Shown here in pieces: positions 48,249 to 58,011 of a DNA stretch of 64,000 nucleotides. This DNA is from Pedosphaera sp. Its GTDB lineage: Bacteria > Verrucomicrobiota > Verrucomicrobiia > Limisphaerales > SIBH01. The DNA lies in the NCBI GenBank assembly GCA_031414955.1, contig JANOQV010000159.1:1-64000 (forward strand), in the 5' to 3' direction. Below the pieces are notes generated by a model. That model was not told the origin of the DNA, ran no database searches, and saw nothing but the letters and a program-made list of their open reading frames with translations. The position numbers were made by a program, and so were the translations under genes. The stretch's first letter is position 1; each line of letters starts with the position of its first letter.

Positions 48249-50312
48249 ATGAAACCCGCCGCCATCATCCGCATCACCGGTGTCGAGAAGACCTACGACA
48301 TGGGCGAAGTCCAGGTGCGCGCGTTGAGCGGCGTGAACCTCGAAATTCTTGAAGGCGATTACGTCGCCATCATGGGGCCGTCCGGTTCCGGCAAATCCAC
48401 GCTGCTCAATTTGCTCGGCTGCCTCGACCGGCCCACCGCCGGCACCTACCACCTCGGCGAGGACGACGTTTCGCAGATGAGCGATGACGAACTTTCCGAG
48501 GTGCGCGGGCGCAAGATCGGTTTCATTTTCCAGAGCTACAATCTCATCCACCAGCTCTCGGTGATTGAGAATATCCAGATGCCGCTGTTCTACCAGGGCC
48601 TCGACACGCCGGGGAACAACCAGCGCTGCGAACAGTTCGCCGGCCTCGTCGGGCTGGCGGACCGGCTCGACCACCGGCCGAACCAGCTTTCCGGCGGCCA
48701 GCAGCAACGCGTGGCCGTGGCCCGCTCGCTGGTCAACGACCCGCTGATGATTCTGGCCGACGAGCCGACCGGCAACCTCGACTCCAAGACCGGCCAGGAA
48801 ATCCTCGACCTGATGGACCGCCTCAACCAGGGCGGCAAGACCATCATCCTCGTCACGCACGATCCGAACACCGCCGCGCGGGCCCGCCGCGTCGTCCACA
48901 TGAAGGACGGCCTGGTGGATCGCATCGTCACCAACGAGCGCCGCGCCGTCACCGCGACGAACGTGCCCGCCACCGCGCTGGACGAGTCCGGTGCGAACGG
49001 CCAGTCGCAGTCTCTCACGCGCCGGTTCATGCGCCCGTTGCGCACGATGCAAATCGGGACCAAGAGCCTGCTCCTGCACAAACTGCGCTCGGTGCTCACC
49101 ATGCTCGGCATCATCTTCGGCGTCTGCTCCGTCATCGCCATGCTCGCCATTGGCGAGGGTGCGTCCTATGAGGCGCAGGAGAAGATCAAGAAGATGGGCA
49201 GCGCGAACATCATCGTGCGCGCGGTCAAGCCGCCCGAGGATTCCCAGGCCGGCACGTCGTCTTCGGGGCGCGGCTCGGTCATCGAGTACGGTCTCACCTA
49301 CAAGGACGCCAGCCGCATTGAGGCCACCATTCCCGGCATCCGGCATGTGCTGCCCATGCGGTTGATTCGCGAGAACGTCCGCTTCTTCCGCAACGAGGTC
49401 GCCGGCCAGATTGTCGGCACGCAGCCGCTTTACCACGACATCGCCGGGCTCGACACCCTGCGGGGGCGGTTCATCACCGAGATCGACGACCTGCACCAGA
49501 ACAACACCTGCGCCATCTCCGAGGGGCTGGCCCGGCGGCTCTTTCCTTACCAGGACCCGCTCGACCAGGAGGTGAAGATCGGCGCGCACTACTATCAGGT
49601 CGTCGGGCTGGTGCGCGAAACGAGCACCGAGCAGAAGCGTCCGCAGTCCGGCGACGTCACCGGCCAGCCGCTCGACAACAACGTGTACATCCCGCTCTCC
49701 GCCGCGCGCAGCCGTTTCGGCGAGACGCTCGTCCGCCGTTCCGCCGGCAGCCAGGAACAGGAGCGCGTGCAGTTGCACCAGATCACCATCCAGTTCGCCG
49801 ACACGTCCGGCGTGGAGACGGCCGTGCCGCAAATCGAAGCGCTGCTCAAACGCTTCCACGCCAAACGCGACTACGAACTGATCGTCCCGCTGCAATTGCT
49901 GCGGCAGGCCGAAGAGACCAAGCGCATCTTCAACATCGTGCTCGGCTCGATCGCGGCCATCTCGCTGCTCGTCGGCGGCATCGGCATCATGAACATCATG
50001 CTTGCGACCGTGACCGAGCGGACGAGAGAGATCGGTGTGCGCCGCGCCCTCGGGGCTAAGCAGCGCGACATCACCTCGCAGTTCCTGATCGAGGCAATGG
50101 TGCTGGCCATCGGCGGCGGTTTGATTGGCGTGGCCCTCGGGGTGTTGACGCCGTTGATTGTCTCGCAACTGGCCAACATGCGGACCATCGTCACGCCGCT
50201 CTCCGTGCTGCTGGCCTTCAGCACCTCGGGCGCGGTCGGCATCATCTTCGGCTGGTACCCCGCCTCGCGCGCCGCGAAGCTCGATCCCATCGAGGCGCTG
50301 CGGCACGAGTGA
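48249..50312 (+). CDS. MacB-type fused ABC ATPase-permease
   Basis: GPSGSGKST, LSGGQQQR, LADEPTGNLD, GGIGIMNIMLATVTERTREIGVRRALGA, LDPIEALRHE. Confidence 0.93.
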   Translation: MKPAAIIRITGVEKTYDMGEVQVRALSGVNLEILEGDYVAIMGPSGSGKSTLLNLLGCLDRPTAGTYHLGEDDVSQMSDDELSEVRGRKIGFIFQSYNLIHQLSVIENIQMPLFYQGLDTPGNNQRCEQFAGLVGLADRLDHRPNQLSGGQQQRVAVARSLVNDPLMILADEPTGNLDSKTGQEILDLMDRLNQGGKTIILVTHDPNTAARARRVVHMKDGLVDRIVTNERRAVTATNVPATALDESGANGQSQSLTRRFMRPLRTMQIGTKSLLLHKLRSVLTMLGIIFGVCSVIAMLAIGEGASYEAQEKIKKMGSANIIVRAVKPPEDSQAGTSSSGRGSVIEYGLTYKDASRIEATIPGIRHVLPMRLIRENVRFFRNEVAGQIVGTQPLYHDIAGLDTLRGRFITEIDDLHQNNTCAISEGLARRLFPYQDPLDQEVKIGAHYYQVVGLVRETSTEQKRPQSGDVTGQPLDNNVYIPLSAARSRFGETLVRRSAGSQEQERVQLHQITIQFADTSGVETAVPQIEALLKRFHAKRDYELIVPLQLLRQAEETKRIFNIVLGSIAAISLLVGGIGIMNIMLATVTERTREIGVRRALGAKQRDITSQFLIEAMVLAIGGGLIGVALGVLTPLIVSQLANMRTIVTPLSVLLAFSTSGAVGIIFGWYPASRAAKLDPIEALRHE

Positions 50313-50553
50313 GGGGGCAGTGTTCAGTGTTCAGCATGATCGGAGGGTCTCGCCCGGCCTCGCTCGGCCAAGGCGCACTGAGAACTGTGCGCTGGGCAAC
50401 CCTCCTCATTCTCCTGCCAGCAATTCTCTCTGCCACTATTTCCTGACCGGATAAATGGCAGAAAGAATTGCTGGCAGAAAAATGGGCGAGCGGCTGCAAC
50501 CGCAAAATGACGTGCCTGGTCTGGTGCTGCGAGCGACTATCCGGCACCCTGAA

Positions 50554-50591
50554 CAAAAGAGAAAGCCACGCTCCTGAGCGTGGCTCCTCTT
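50554..50591 (-). terminator. intrinsic terminator
   Basis: agccacgctc-ct-gagcgtggct hairpin with a U-tract on the minus strand. Confidence 0.7.
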
Positions 50592-50616
50592 ACTGCTGAA
50601 TTTTGGAGTGATGTCG

Positions 50617-50781
50617 TTAGGCGAGGCTTTCCTCGCCCCAGTCTCCGAGCCGCAGGATGCCCTTCACCTTGCGGCGTTCGTAGCGGTGTTTCTCAGCCTT
50701 CTTGGGCTGGTCGGTGATTTTGCGGAAGGAGTTCTTCGGGTTTCGAACAACTTCTGTGATGAGCTCTAACGTTTTAATCAT
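50617..50781 (-). CDS. small basic protein, 54 aa (not in the ORF track)
   Basis: MIKTLELITEVVRNPKNSFRKITDQPKKAEKHRYERRKVKGILRLGDWGEESLA*; AAGGT RBS upstream, terminator downstream. Confidence 0.7.
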   Translation of the reverse strand: MIKTLELITEVVRNPKNSFRKITDQPKKAEKHRYERRKVKGILRLGDWGEESLA

Positions 50782-50810
50782 AGCGCATTACCTTTTGTTG
50801 CCTGACTGCT

Positions 50811-50826
50811 AGCTGTCTTCATGCCA
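50811..50826 (-). promoter_or_regulatory. possible sigma54 promoter
   Basis: TGGCATGAAGACAGCT = GG-N10-GC, about 30 nt upstream of the small gene. Confidence 0.4.
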
Positions 50827-51006
50827 GCGGCACCCGGTCTTCAATCAGAACCAACCAATGCCCCTGGCAATCGTTTTCTGGAGCTATTCGGATGTATTGA
50901 TGCCAGACAGGTCTCGGGTGTTCAAAAATTAATTTGCGGAATTTTTGCCAGCGCGCCCGGGAGGTGACCTGTCCCGCTTTGGGCAGAATGCACCATTTTG
51001 GGCGCG

Positions 51007-51906
51007 TCAAGGGCGGAATTGAAACGCGCCGGAACGCCATTCTCCCGCCATTTTTTGGGCAATGAGCTTCATCCCGGCCGTCTCGTAGGCGCGGCGCACG
51101 GAGGGAAATTGTACGTTCAAGATTCCGGCCAGCACCAGCGTGCCCTCGGGAGCCAGCCGGGCGAGCAGCCGCTCCCGTTCCTGGATGAGCAGGTCATACA
51201 TCAGGTTCGCGCACACCACATCAAAGGGCTTCCTCACGGCGACGGGAAGCTTGGTGAGATCCTGACGCAAGATGCGGAGGCCGGCCGCATTGAAGGCGGC
51301 GTTCTCTTTCGCCACGCGCACAGCGTCTGGATCAAAGTCGAAGGCCACCACCGGCGCATAGCCCAGCTTGGTCGCCGCGATGGCGAGAATCCCCGAACCG
51401 CACCCGGCATCGAGCAAGGTCTGGGCGGTGCCCGCAGCACGGCGGGACGCAATTTGCTCCAGGCAAAAGCTGGTGGTGGGATGATGGCCTGTGCCGAAGC
51501 TCAGTCCCGGATCTAGCACCACGACCGCCTGGCCGGGCTTGGCCCGCACTCGGCTCCAACTGGGTAACACCAGCAGTTGGCGACTGATCTCCAACGGCTT
51601 GAAATGCCGCTTCCAGGACTCGGCCCAATTTTCACGCGGAATGCGGCGTGCGGAAAGCCGCGCGCGCCCGAGGTTTAATCCCGCCGCCGTCAGTTCGCGC
51701 AAGGCCCGCTGAAGGCCCGTCCGATGGCGCGGCCCGAAACGCGGCAGGAAAACTGAAACCACTGTCGTGTGCTTCTCGAGGTCGGTGTAGATGGCGGCCG
51801 GTTGGCCAAAGAGCCGGGCGAACATCTCCACCACCGCCTCCTCGGCCTCGGGAGTGGTGCCGACGGAGACCTTCCAGAGTGAACCGCGCGACGGAAGTTT
51901 GCTCAC
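51007..51906 (-). CDS. prmA: ribosomal protein L11 methyltransferase
   Basis: ENWAESWKRHFKP, LDPGLSFGTGHHPTT, LDAGCGSGILAI. Confidence 0.93.
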   Translation of the reverse strand: MSKLPSRGSLWKVSVGTTPEAEEAVVEMFARLFGQPAAIYTDLEKHTTVVSVFLPRFGPRHRTGLQRALRELTAAGLNLGRARLSARRIPRENWAESWKRHFKPLEISRQLLVLPSWSRVRAKPGQAVVVLDPGLSFGTGHHPTTSFCLEQIASRRAAGTAQTLLDAGCGSGILAIAATKLGYAPVVAFDFDPDAVRVAKENAAFNAAGLRILRQDLTKLPVAVRKPFDVVCANLMYDLLIQERERLLARLAPEGTLVLAGILNVQFPSVRRAYETAGMKLIAQKMAGEWRSGAFQFRP

Positions 51907-51928
51907 GGTGAAATCAAGTTGCGGACGC

Positions 51929-52672
51929 TCAGGCGAGCGCCGCTTGCTGCGCCGCGAGCAATTGCAACACGCCGATGCGTCCGAACTCCAGCAACGCGTC
52001 AAGCTGCGCGCGGGTGAAGGTGGCCTCTTCCCCGGTGCCTTGCACCTCGATGAACTCCCCGGCCCCGTTCATGACGATGTTCATGTCCACCGCCGCCGCC
52101 ACGTCTTCTGTGTAGCAAAGATCCGTCATGGCCGCACCGTCGATGAGGCCGACGCTCACCGCCGCCACGGGGCTGAGGAGCGGATCGACCTTGAGCTTGC
52201 CTTCGCCCGTGAGCTTGCGCACCGCCAAGGCAAGCGCGACATACGCGCCGGTGATCGAAGCCGTGCGCGTGCCGCCATCCGCCTGCAACACGTCGCAATC
52301 CACACAGATGGTGCGCGAACCAATCTTCTCCAGGTCAATGGCCGCCCGCATGGCCCGCCCGATGAGCCGTTGAATCTCCGACGAGCGTCCGTCGAGTTTG
52401 CCCTTCGAGATGTCGCGCGGTTTTCGCGTCAGCGTCGAGTAGGGCAGCATCGAATACTCCGCCGTGATCCAGCCGCCGGTGACGTTCTGCTCCTTCATCC
52501 AGCGCGGCACGGATTCCTCGACGGTCACACCACAGATGACGCGTGTGTTTCCCCATTCGACCAGGGTCGAACCGGCGGCATAAGGCGCGATGTGATTCTG
52601 GAACCGCAACGGGCGGATCTGGTCGGGCCGACGTCCATCGACGCGGCTCTTGGGTGAATTGACTTCAGACAT
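51929..52672 (-). CDS. rph: ribonuclease PH
   Basis: GWITAEYSMLP, GRSSEIQRLIGR, DCDVLQADGGTRTASITG, EVQGTGEE. Confidence 0.97.
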   Translation of the reverse strand: MSEVNSPKSRVDGRRPDQIRPLRFQNHIAPYAAGSTLVEWGNTRVICGVTVEESVPRWMKEQNVTGGWITAEYSMLPYSTLTRKPRDISKGKLDGRSSEIQRLIGRAMRAAIDLEKIGSRTICVDCDVLQADGGTRTASITGAYVALALAVRKLTGEGKLKVDPLLSPVAAVSVGLIDGAAMTDLCYTEDVAAAVDMNIVMNGAGEFIEVQGTGEEATFTRAQLDALLEFGRIGVLQLLAAQQAALA

Positions 52673-52753
52673 GCGCGCGAGGGTAGGAGCGCGCCGGTGG
52701 AACATAAAAGGGCAAAGTGCATCCCGTCGCCCGTCTGCTGTAGTGCGGCGTGC

Positions 52754-53815
52754 TCACCGCAAGCCCGCTGTCTCCGGCCAGCCGCACATCACGTTCATGC
52801 TTTGCACGGCCTGGCCGCTGGCGCCTTTCACGATGTTGTCCTCGGCGCTCATGATGATGAGCCGACCCGTGCGTGGGTCGAGACGCCAGGCGAACTCAAT
52901 CATGTTCGTGCCGACCACGTTCTTGGTGTCCGGCAGTGATTTGCCTTCGAGCAGGCGGACAAACGGTTCGTGCGCGTAGGCGGCACGATAGGTTTCCTCA
53001 ATCTGCGTCGCCAGCGCATCCAACTCGTCCGCGTTGCTGAAGTGTTTCGTCGGCGCGGCGTAGATGGTGGTGAGAATGCCGCGGTTCACCGGAATGAGAT
53101 GCGGAGTGAACTGAATCTTGACGGCTTCTCCGGCGGCGAAAGAAAGCTCCTGTTCGATCTCGGAAAGGTGCCGGTGCTTCGGCACCCCATAGGGCCGCAC
53201 GCTCTCATTGCACTCGACGAAGAGGTAGTCCAACTCGGCCTTGCGCCCCGCGCCACTCACCCCGCTCAACGAATTCGCGATGATGGATTCCGGCTGGATC
53301 AACTTCGCGCGCAGCAGGGGTGCCAGCGGCATGATGATACTGGTGGGGTAGCAGCCCGGCGAAGCTACGAGCAGCGCGTCCTTGATCTGGTCGCGGTATA
53401 TCTCCGGCAATCCATAGACCGACTTCGCCAGCAGAGCCGGCGCGGGATGTTCGTGCGCGTAGAACTCCTTGTAAGTCTCCGCGCTCTTGAGCCGGAAGTC
53501 CGCGCTCAAGTCGATGACACGCACGCCGGCGTTGTTCAACGGCACGGCAAACTCCGCCGCCACACCATGCGGCAGCGCGAGGAACACGAGGTCGCAGTGC
53601 TTGGCCAGCAACTCGACCTTGGGATCGCTGAAATGCAGTTCCTTCGCCCGGGCATATTGCGAAAACTTCGGAAAGACCTGCGCCACCGTCTGCCCGGCGT
53701 ACTGCCGCGAGGTCACAGCCGTGAGTTGCGCGTGCGGATGGATGAGCAGGCGGTAAACAAGTTCCTCGCCCGAATATCCCGACGCTCCGACGATGCCGAC
53801 TTTCTTGGTGCTCAT
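52754..53815 (-). CDS. argC: N-acetyl-gamma-glutamyl-phosphate reductase
   Basis: VGASGYSG, IDLSADFRL, PGCYPT, SGVSGAGR, HRHLSEI, DNIVKGASGQA. Confidence 0.97.
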   Translation of the reverse strand: MSTKKVGIVGASGYSGEELVYRLLIHPHAQLTAVTSRQYAGQTVAQVFPKFSQYARAKELHFSDPKVELLAKHCDLVFLALPHGVAAEFAVPLNNAGVRVIDLSADFRLKSAETYKEFYAHEHPAPALLAKSVYGLPEIYRDQIKDALLVASPGCYPTSIIMPLAPLLRAKLIQPESIIANSLSGVSGAGRKAELDYLFVECNESVRPYGVPKHRHLSEIEQELSFAAGEAVKIQFTPHLIPVNRGILTTIYAAPTKHFSNADELDALATQIEETYRAAYAHEPFVRLLEGKSLPDTKNVVGTNMIEFAWRLDPRTGRLIIMSAEDNIVKGASGQAVQSMNVMCGWPETAGLR

Positions 53816-53822
53816 GTAATTC

Positions 53823-54458
53823 TCAACTCTGCCGGGCTTGTTCGTATTGGCTTTTCATCAGCGCGGCAAGTTCGCGCTCGGTTTGGTTCTCCGACTGGCT
53901 CAAGGCCGCCACGGCTCCGGCGATGTCGTCGGGCTTGCGATTCTGGCTCAACTTGAACTTGGCCTCGACCCGGGTGACCTCGATCTCGAAGCCGACGATG
54001 GCTTTCATCAGGCCGACTTTGTGTTCGGCCGGCAGGGCATCACGCCAAGGAACGGGCTGGCCTGCTTCGTATTCCTCCACGGTGCGGCGCAGGATTTCCT
54101 CGAAGGCGGCCGAGTCTTCCACGAGGCGGGGAAGACCATAGACGTGGACGGCGACATAGTTCCAAGTCGGCACCATGTGCGGCGTCGCATACCAGCTCGG
54201 CGAAATGTAACCGTGCGGGCCGGTGAAGATGGCCAGCACTTCCGCGCCAGGGTGGAAGTGGTGCCACTGCGGGTTCGCGCGGGCCATGTGCCCAAGCAAC
54301 GTGCCCCGCGAGCCACGGGCCGGCTGGAGCACGAGCGGGAGATGGCTGGCGAACGGCTGCGCGCCGTTGAAGGTGACGAGCGTGGCAAAACTGTTCCCGC
54401 GAATGATGGTGGCGATTTTCGCCTCATCCTGCTCATGGAAATGTTCCGGCAGATACAT
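53823..54458 (-). CDS. FMN-binding negative transcriptional regulator (PaiB family)
   Basis: MYLPEHF, GHMARANPQW, GPHGYISPSWY, VPTWNY, KFKLSQN. Confidence 0.92.
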   Translation of the reverse strand: MYLPEHFHEQDEAKIATIIRGNSFATLVTFNGAQPFASHLPLVLQPARGSRGTLLGHMARANPQWHHFHPGAEVLAIFTGPHGYISPSWYATPHMVPTWNYVAVHVYGLPRLVEDSAAFEEILRRTVEEYEAGQPVPWRDALPAEHKVGLMKAIVGFEIEVTRVEAKFKLSQNRKPDDIAGAVAALSQSENQTERELAALMKSQYEQARQS

Positions 54459-54492
54459 GGTCGGTGCGTGGTTAAGAATAAATCAGGCCAAG

Positions 54493-54522
54493 AAAAAACC
54501 CCGCCGGCTTGCCGGCGGGGTT
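54493..54522 (-). terminator. intrinsic terminator after rpsI
   Basis: ccccgccggc-aa-gccggcgggg followed by tttttt on the minus strand. Confidence 0.85.
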
Positions 54523-54542
54523 CGCAAATCTGAAATCCAAGA

Positions 54543-54941
54543 TTAACGCTTCGAGAACTGGAAGCGCTTGCGGGCACCGGGCTGGCCGTACTTCTTGCGC
54601 TCCTTCATGCGCGGGTCACGCGTCAGGAAGCCGTCGGCCTTGAGCACGGGACGGAGGTTCGCGTCCACTTCGAGCAAGGCGCGGGCGATGCCGTGCCGGG
54701 TGGCCCCGGCCTGGCCGTTGGGTCCGCCGCCGGTCACATTGACGGCCACGTCGAACTTGGTCGCCGTATCCGTGCGGAGCAGCGGGGCGCTGACCACGCC
54801 TCGCAGCGAGTCGGTCGGAAAATAAACTTCAAAGGCGCGGCCGTTGACCGTGATTTTGCCCGCGCCAACGGCGAGACGGACACGCGCCACGGCCGTCTTA
54901 CGGCGTCCGGTGCCAAGGAATTCCTGAGTCTGGGTAGCCAT
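54543..54941 (-). CDS. rpsI: 30S ribosomal protein S9
   Basis: [33 protein letters not shown]...[10 protein letters not shown]. Confidence 0.98.
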   Translation of the reverse strand: MATQTQEFLGTGRRKTAVARVRLAVGAGKITVNGRAFEVYFPTDSLRGVVSAPLLRTDTATKFDVAVNVTGGGPNGQAGATRHGIARALLEVDANLRPVLKADGFLTRDPRMKERKKYGQPGARKRFQFSKR

Positions 54942-54946
54942 AGAGA

Positions 54947-55381
54947 TTATTTCTTGATCGTGAGGGGAGCCGGCAATTGGGCGGCGTGCGGATGCTCGGC
55001 ACCCTGGTAAACTTTCAGTTTGGTCAGGAGCTGTTTGCCGAGGCGGTTCTTGGGCACCATGCCCTTGACTGCGCGATGAACGAGTTCAGTGGAATCCTTG
55101 GCGCGAACCTGGGCCACGGAGATGTATTTTTCGCCACCTTTCCAGCCGGAGTAGGTCATGAAGAACTTTTCCGTCTCCTTCTTGCCCGTGACCTTGACTT
55201 TGTCAGCGTTGATCACGACCACGAAGTCACCGGCATCCCACATCGGGGTGAAGATGGGCTTGTGTTTGCCGCGCAGCACATCGGCTACTTTCTCAGCGAG
55301 ACGGCCCAGCACGACCCCATCGGCATCGACAATGTGCCACTTGCGCTGTTCCAAATGATCTTTAGGCAAATACGTTTTCAT
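54947..55381 (-). CDS. rplM: 50S ribosomal protein L13
   Basis: [45 protein letters not shown]. Confidence 0.98.
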   Translation of the reverse strand: MKTYLPKDHLEQRKWHIVDADGVVLGRLAEKVADVLRGKHKPIFTPMWDAGDFVVVINADKVKVTGKKETEKFFMTYSGWKGGEKYISVAQVRAKDSTELVHRAVKGMVPKNRLGKQLLTKLKVYQGAEHPHAAQLPAPLTIKK

Positions 55382-55407
55382 CCAATTTCCAGATTTAAGG
55401 AGCGGGG

Positions 55408-55435
55408 AAGGTATCAAAGGGCACTTCCGAGTCAA
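55408..55435 (-). promoter_or_regulatory. putative sigma70 promoter of rplM-rpsI
   Basis: TTGACT-16 nt-TACCTT with TG extension. Confidence 0.5.
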
Positions 55436-55520
55436 TAGCCCATTTCGGCCCGTGGACAAGGTGTTTTCGCATGATTAGCCCAGGCGTTGAACGACGGTTT
55501 TTGAGGGGCGAAACCCTGCT

Positions 55521-57113
55521 TCAAGTCTGATACGTCGCCGCAAACGGGGTGGAGCCGGGCCGCTTCTGCACGCCATGATCCGGGTTCGCAGCCAAGTGTT
55601 CGCAGACTTTGAAGACGGTTTCAAACTCATCGTGCGCGCCCAGTCCGCTGGCAATCTGAGCCGAGGTCAGCGCGTGGCCTTTCTTCTCCTTCAAGTAATT
55701 CAGGATCTTTCCCTGAAGCGCGATGACGGCGGTCGCGGCCTTTTTGCCCGCTTCAACGCCGGGTTGGTGATACGCATTGACGTTGATGAGGCTGGCGTAA
55801 AGACCCACCGCGCGTTCGAACAGGGCGATGAGCACGCCAACACTAAATGGCGAAACTTCCTGGATGGTGAGTGTGATCGATTCGCGGTCGCTTTCGTAAA
55901 GCGCGGTGCGGGTGCCGAGGAAGAACCCCGCGAGGTAATCGCCACTGGTCACACCCGGCTCGACGGCCAGCGAGGCACTGCTTCGGTCGCGCAGCACTTC
56001 GATGAACGTGACGAAGAAGTTGTTGAGGCCATCGCGGAGTTGCTGAACGTAGGCGTGCTGATCAGTCGATCCCTTGTTGCCGTAAACGGCGAGACCCTGG
56101 TTGACCACCTTCCCATCTCGATCAAGTTCCTTGCCCAGCGACTCCATGATGAGTTGCTGGAGATATTTGGAAAACAGTTCCAGCCGGTCCTTGTAGGGCA
56201 GCACGACCATGTCCTTCGTGCCCTTGCCGTTGCCGGCATGGAACCACATGGCCGCCAGCAGCGCGGCGGGGTTGCGATTGGTTTGGGTTGAGCGCGTCGC
56301 TTCATCGCAGGCTTGGGCGCCGGCCAGCATGGCGTCGATATCGAGCCCTTGCAACGCGGCGGGCAGGAGACCGACGGCGGAAAGTTCGCTGGTGCGTCCG
56401 CCCACCCAGTCCCACATCGGGAAGCGGCCGAGCCAGCCTTGCTGAACGGCAACTTTGTCCAGTTCGCTGCCCGCGCCAGTTACGGCCACGGCGTGGGGCG
56501 CAAACTTCAGCCCGGCCTGCTCGTAAGCAGCCTGTGCTTCCAACATACCGTTGCGCGTTTCCTTGGTGCCGCCGGATTTCGAGATGACCACACTCAGAGT
56601 CTGACCGAGGTCGGCACCAAGCTCGGCCAGCACCTTGTCCATGCCGTCTGGATCGGTGTTGTCGAAGAAGAACACGCGCATCTGGTCCGTGGCCGGCTGG
56701 CCCAGCGCCTTGGCGACGAACTGCGGCCCGAGGGCCGAGCCGCCGATGCCGATGACGAGAACATTCTTGAAGGCTCCCTTGGTGCCCTGGATGGCACCGC
56801 TGTGAACCTGCGCAGCGAACGACTTGACCGAGACTATGGTTTCGTCGATCTCGCGACACATCTCGGACGTAGGCGCCAGTGCTGAATTCCTCAACCAGTA
56901 ATGGCCGACCATGCGCTTCTCATCGGGGTTGGCGATTGCGCCTGCTTCCAGCGCCTTCATCTCGGCGAAGGCAGCCTGCAAGCGCGGCTCCATCTGCGCG
57001 AAGAACTCTTCGCCGAAATTCATGCGGCTCAAATCGAGGCCGAGGCCGAGGCCGGGATAGTCGGAATAGAATTGTTGAAACCGGTGCCAGAGCTGTTCTT
57101 TCGAAAATTTCAT
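55521..57113 (-). CDS. pgi: glucose-6-phosphate isomerase
   Basis: [45 protein letters not shown]. Confidence 0.97.
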   Translation of the reverse strand: MKFSKEQLWHRFQQFYSDYPGLGLGLDLSRMNFGEEFFAQMEPRLQAAFAEMKALEAGAIANPDEKRMVGHYWLRNSALAPTSEMCREIDETIVSVKSFAAQVHSGAIQGTKGAFKNVLVIGIGGSALGPQFVAKALGQPATDQMRVFFFDNTDPDGMDKVLAELGADLGQTLSVVISKSGGTKETRNGMLEAQAAYEQAGLKFAPHAVAVTGAGSELDKVAVQQGWLGRFPMWDWVGGRTSELSAVGLLPAALQGLDIDAMLAGAQACDEATRSTQTNRNPAALLAAMWFHAGNGKGTKDMVVLPYKDRLELFSKYLQQLIMESLGKELDRDGKVVNQGLAVYGNKGSTDQHAYVQQLRDGLNNFFVTFIEVLRDRSSASLAVEPGVTSGDYLAGFFLGTRTALYESDRESITLTIQEVSPFSVGVLIALFERAVGLYASLINVNAYHQPGVEAGKKAATAVIALQGKILNYLKEKKGHALTSAQIASGLGAHDEFETVFKVCEHLAANPDHGVQKRPGSTPFAATYQT

Positions 57114-57307
57114 GCGCGGCCAGTTTGAGCACCGAAGGATGTTCTTCAAACATTCAATTCGAGAGCACAGTTGAAAATGGATCATTGCCCATCGGTTTCA
57201 CGGCTTGATCACTCCGGTCTCGTCGCGGTTCGCATGTTCGCCGATGAAGCGCGCATGGCCGTCGATTCCATTTATCTCCGAGAAGGATTTTCCCGGCTCT
57301 CCAAGCT

Positions 57308-57994
57308 TCAATCAGCCAGGCGAATGACCAATCCTTTATCCGGGTAATCCACCGGGAAAGTGAACAGGATGTGAGCGCGTTGCTGCTCAAGTAACAGCTC
57401 GATCGCTTGCTGAACTTCGAAACCGCTGACGTCATCAACGAAAAGCCAGCGTGGGCTTGCTGTGAGAGCCAGTTGCAGATCCTCCCAGGCGTTGCGCAGA
57501 TCGTGCGCAGCGTCCACTACCACGAAATCGGCTGGTTCGATGGCTGTCAGGGTACGCAAGTCGCCCTGGGACAGGCGCCAATTATGGAATCCACGATCCG
57601 CGAAAAGCGCCTCGCAGACTCTTCGAGGATTCCATTCCCCGCTCCCGCCAGGAAGCGGGGAAATGCCAAACAAGTCATAACCAATGTAATGGGCATGGTC
57701 GTGTCTCCCGGCCAGTCCACGAGTGGCCGAGATATACGCATCCGCCGAACTGCCGGCGTGGGTTCCGAGTTCGACGATGACTTGTGGGCTGATCGTCCGG
57801 GCGACAGCCCACATGGAGCGATACTTCCGTTCAAATCCCCCTCGTCGAGCCAGATAATATCCGGCGTCATATTGCGTGAACACCGAGTAAAGCGGATGCG
57901 GCGCCCAATCGCAGGAATTGAAATGATCCGCAAAGCGGCGGGCAAATTCCGCCGATTGAGCCTCGTGTCCTGGCATAACAAACATGTTATTCAT
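57308..57994 (-). CDS. class I SAM-dependent methyltransferase (Methyltransf_24-like)
   Basis: IVELGTHAGSS, IGYDLF, VVVDAAH....EDL, LFVDD. Confidence 0.75.
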   Translation of the reverse strand: MNNMFVMPGHEAQSAEFARRFADHFNSCDWAPHPLYSVFTQYDAGYYLARRGGFERKYRSMWAVARTISPQVIVELGTHAGSSADAYISATRGLAGRHDHAHYIGYDLFGISPLPGGSGEWNPRRVCEALFADRGFHNWRLSQGDLRTLTAIEPADFVVVDAAHDLRNAWEDLQLALTASPRWLFVDDVSGFEVQQAIELLLEQQRAHILFTFPVDYPDKGLVIRLAD

Positions 57995-58011
57995 CTTCTG
58001 CTGGCGTTGAA

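Noticed and set aside
1847..50306. Many long alternative-frame or antisense ORFs (e.g. 1847-3478, 9110-11323, 15375-17048, 31908-33581, 48195-50306)
   Set aside because: Expected shadows of high-GC genes; no recognisable motifs
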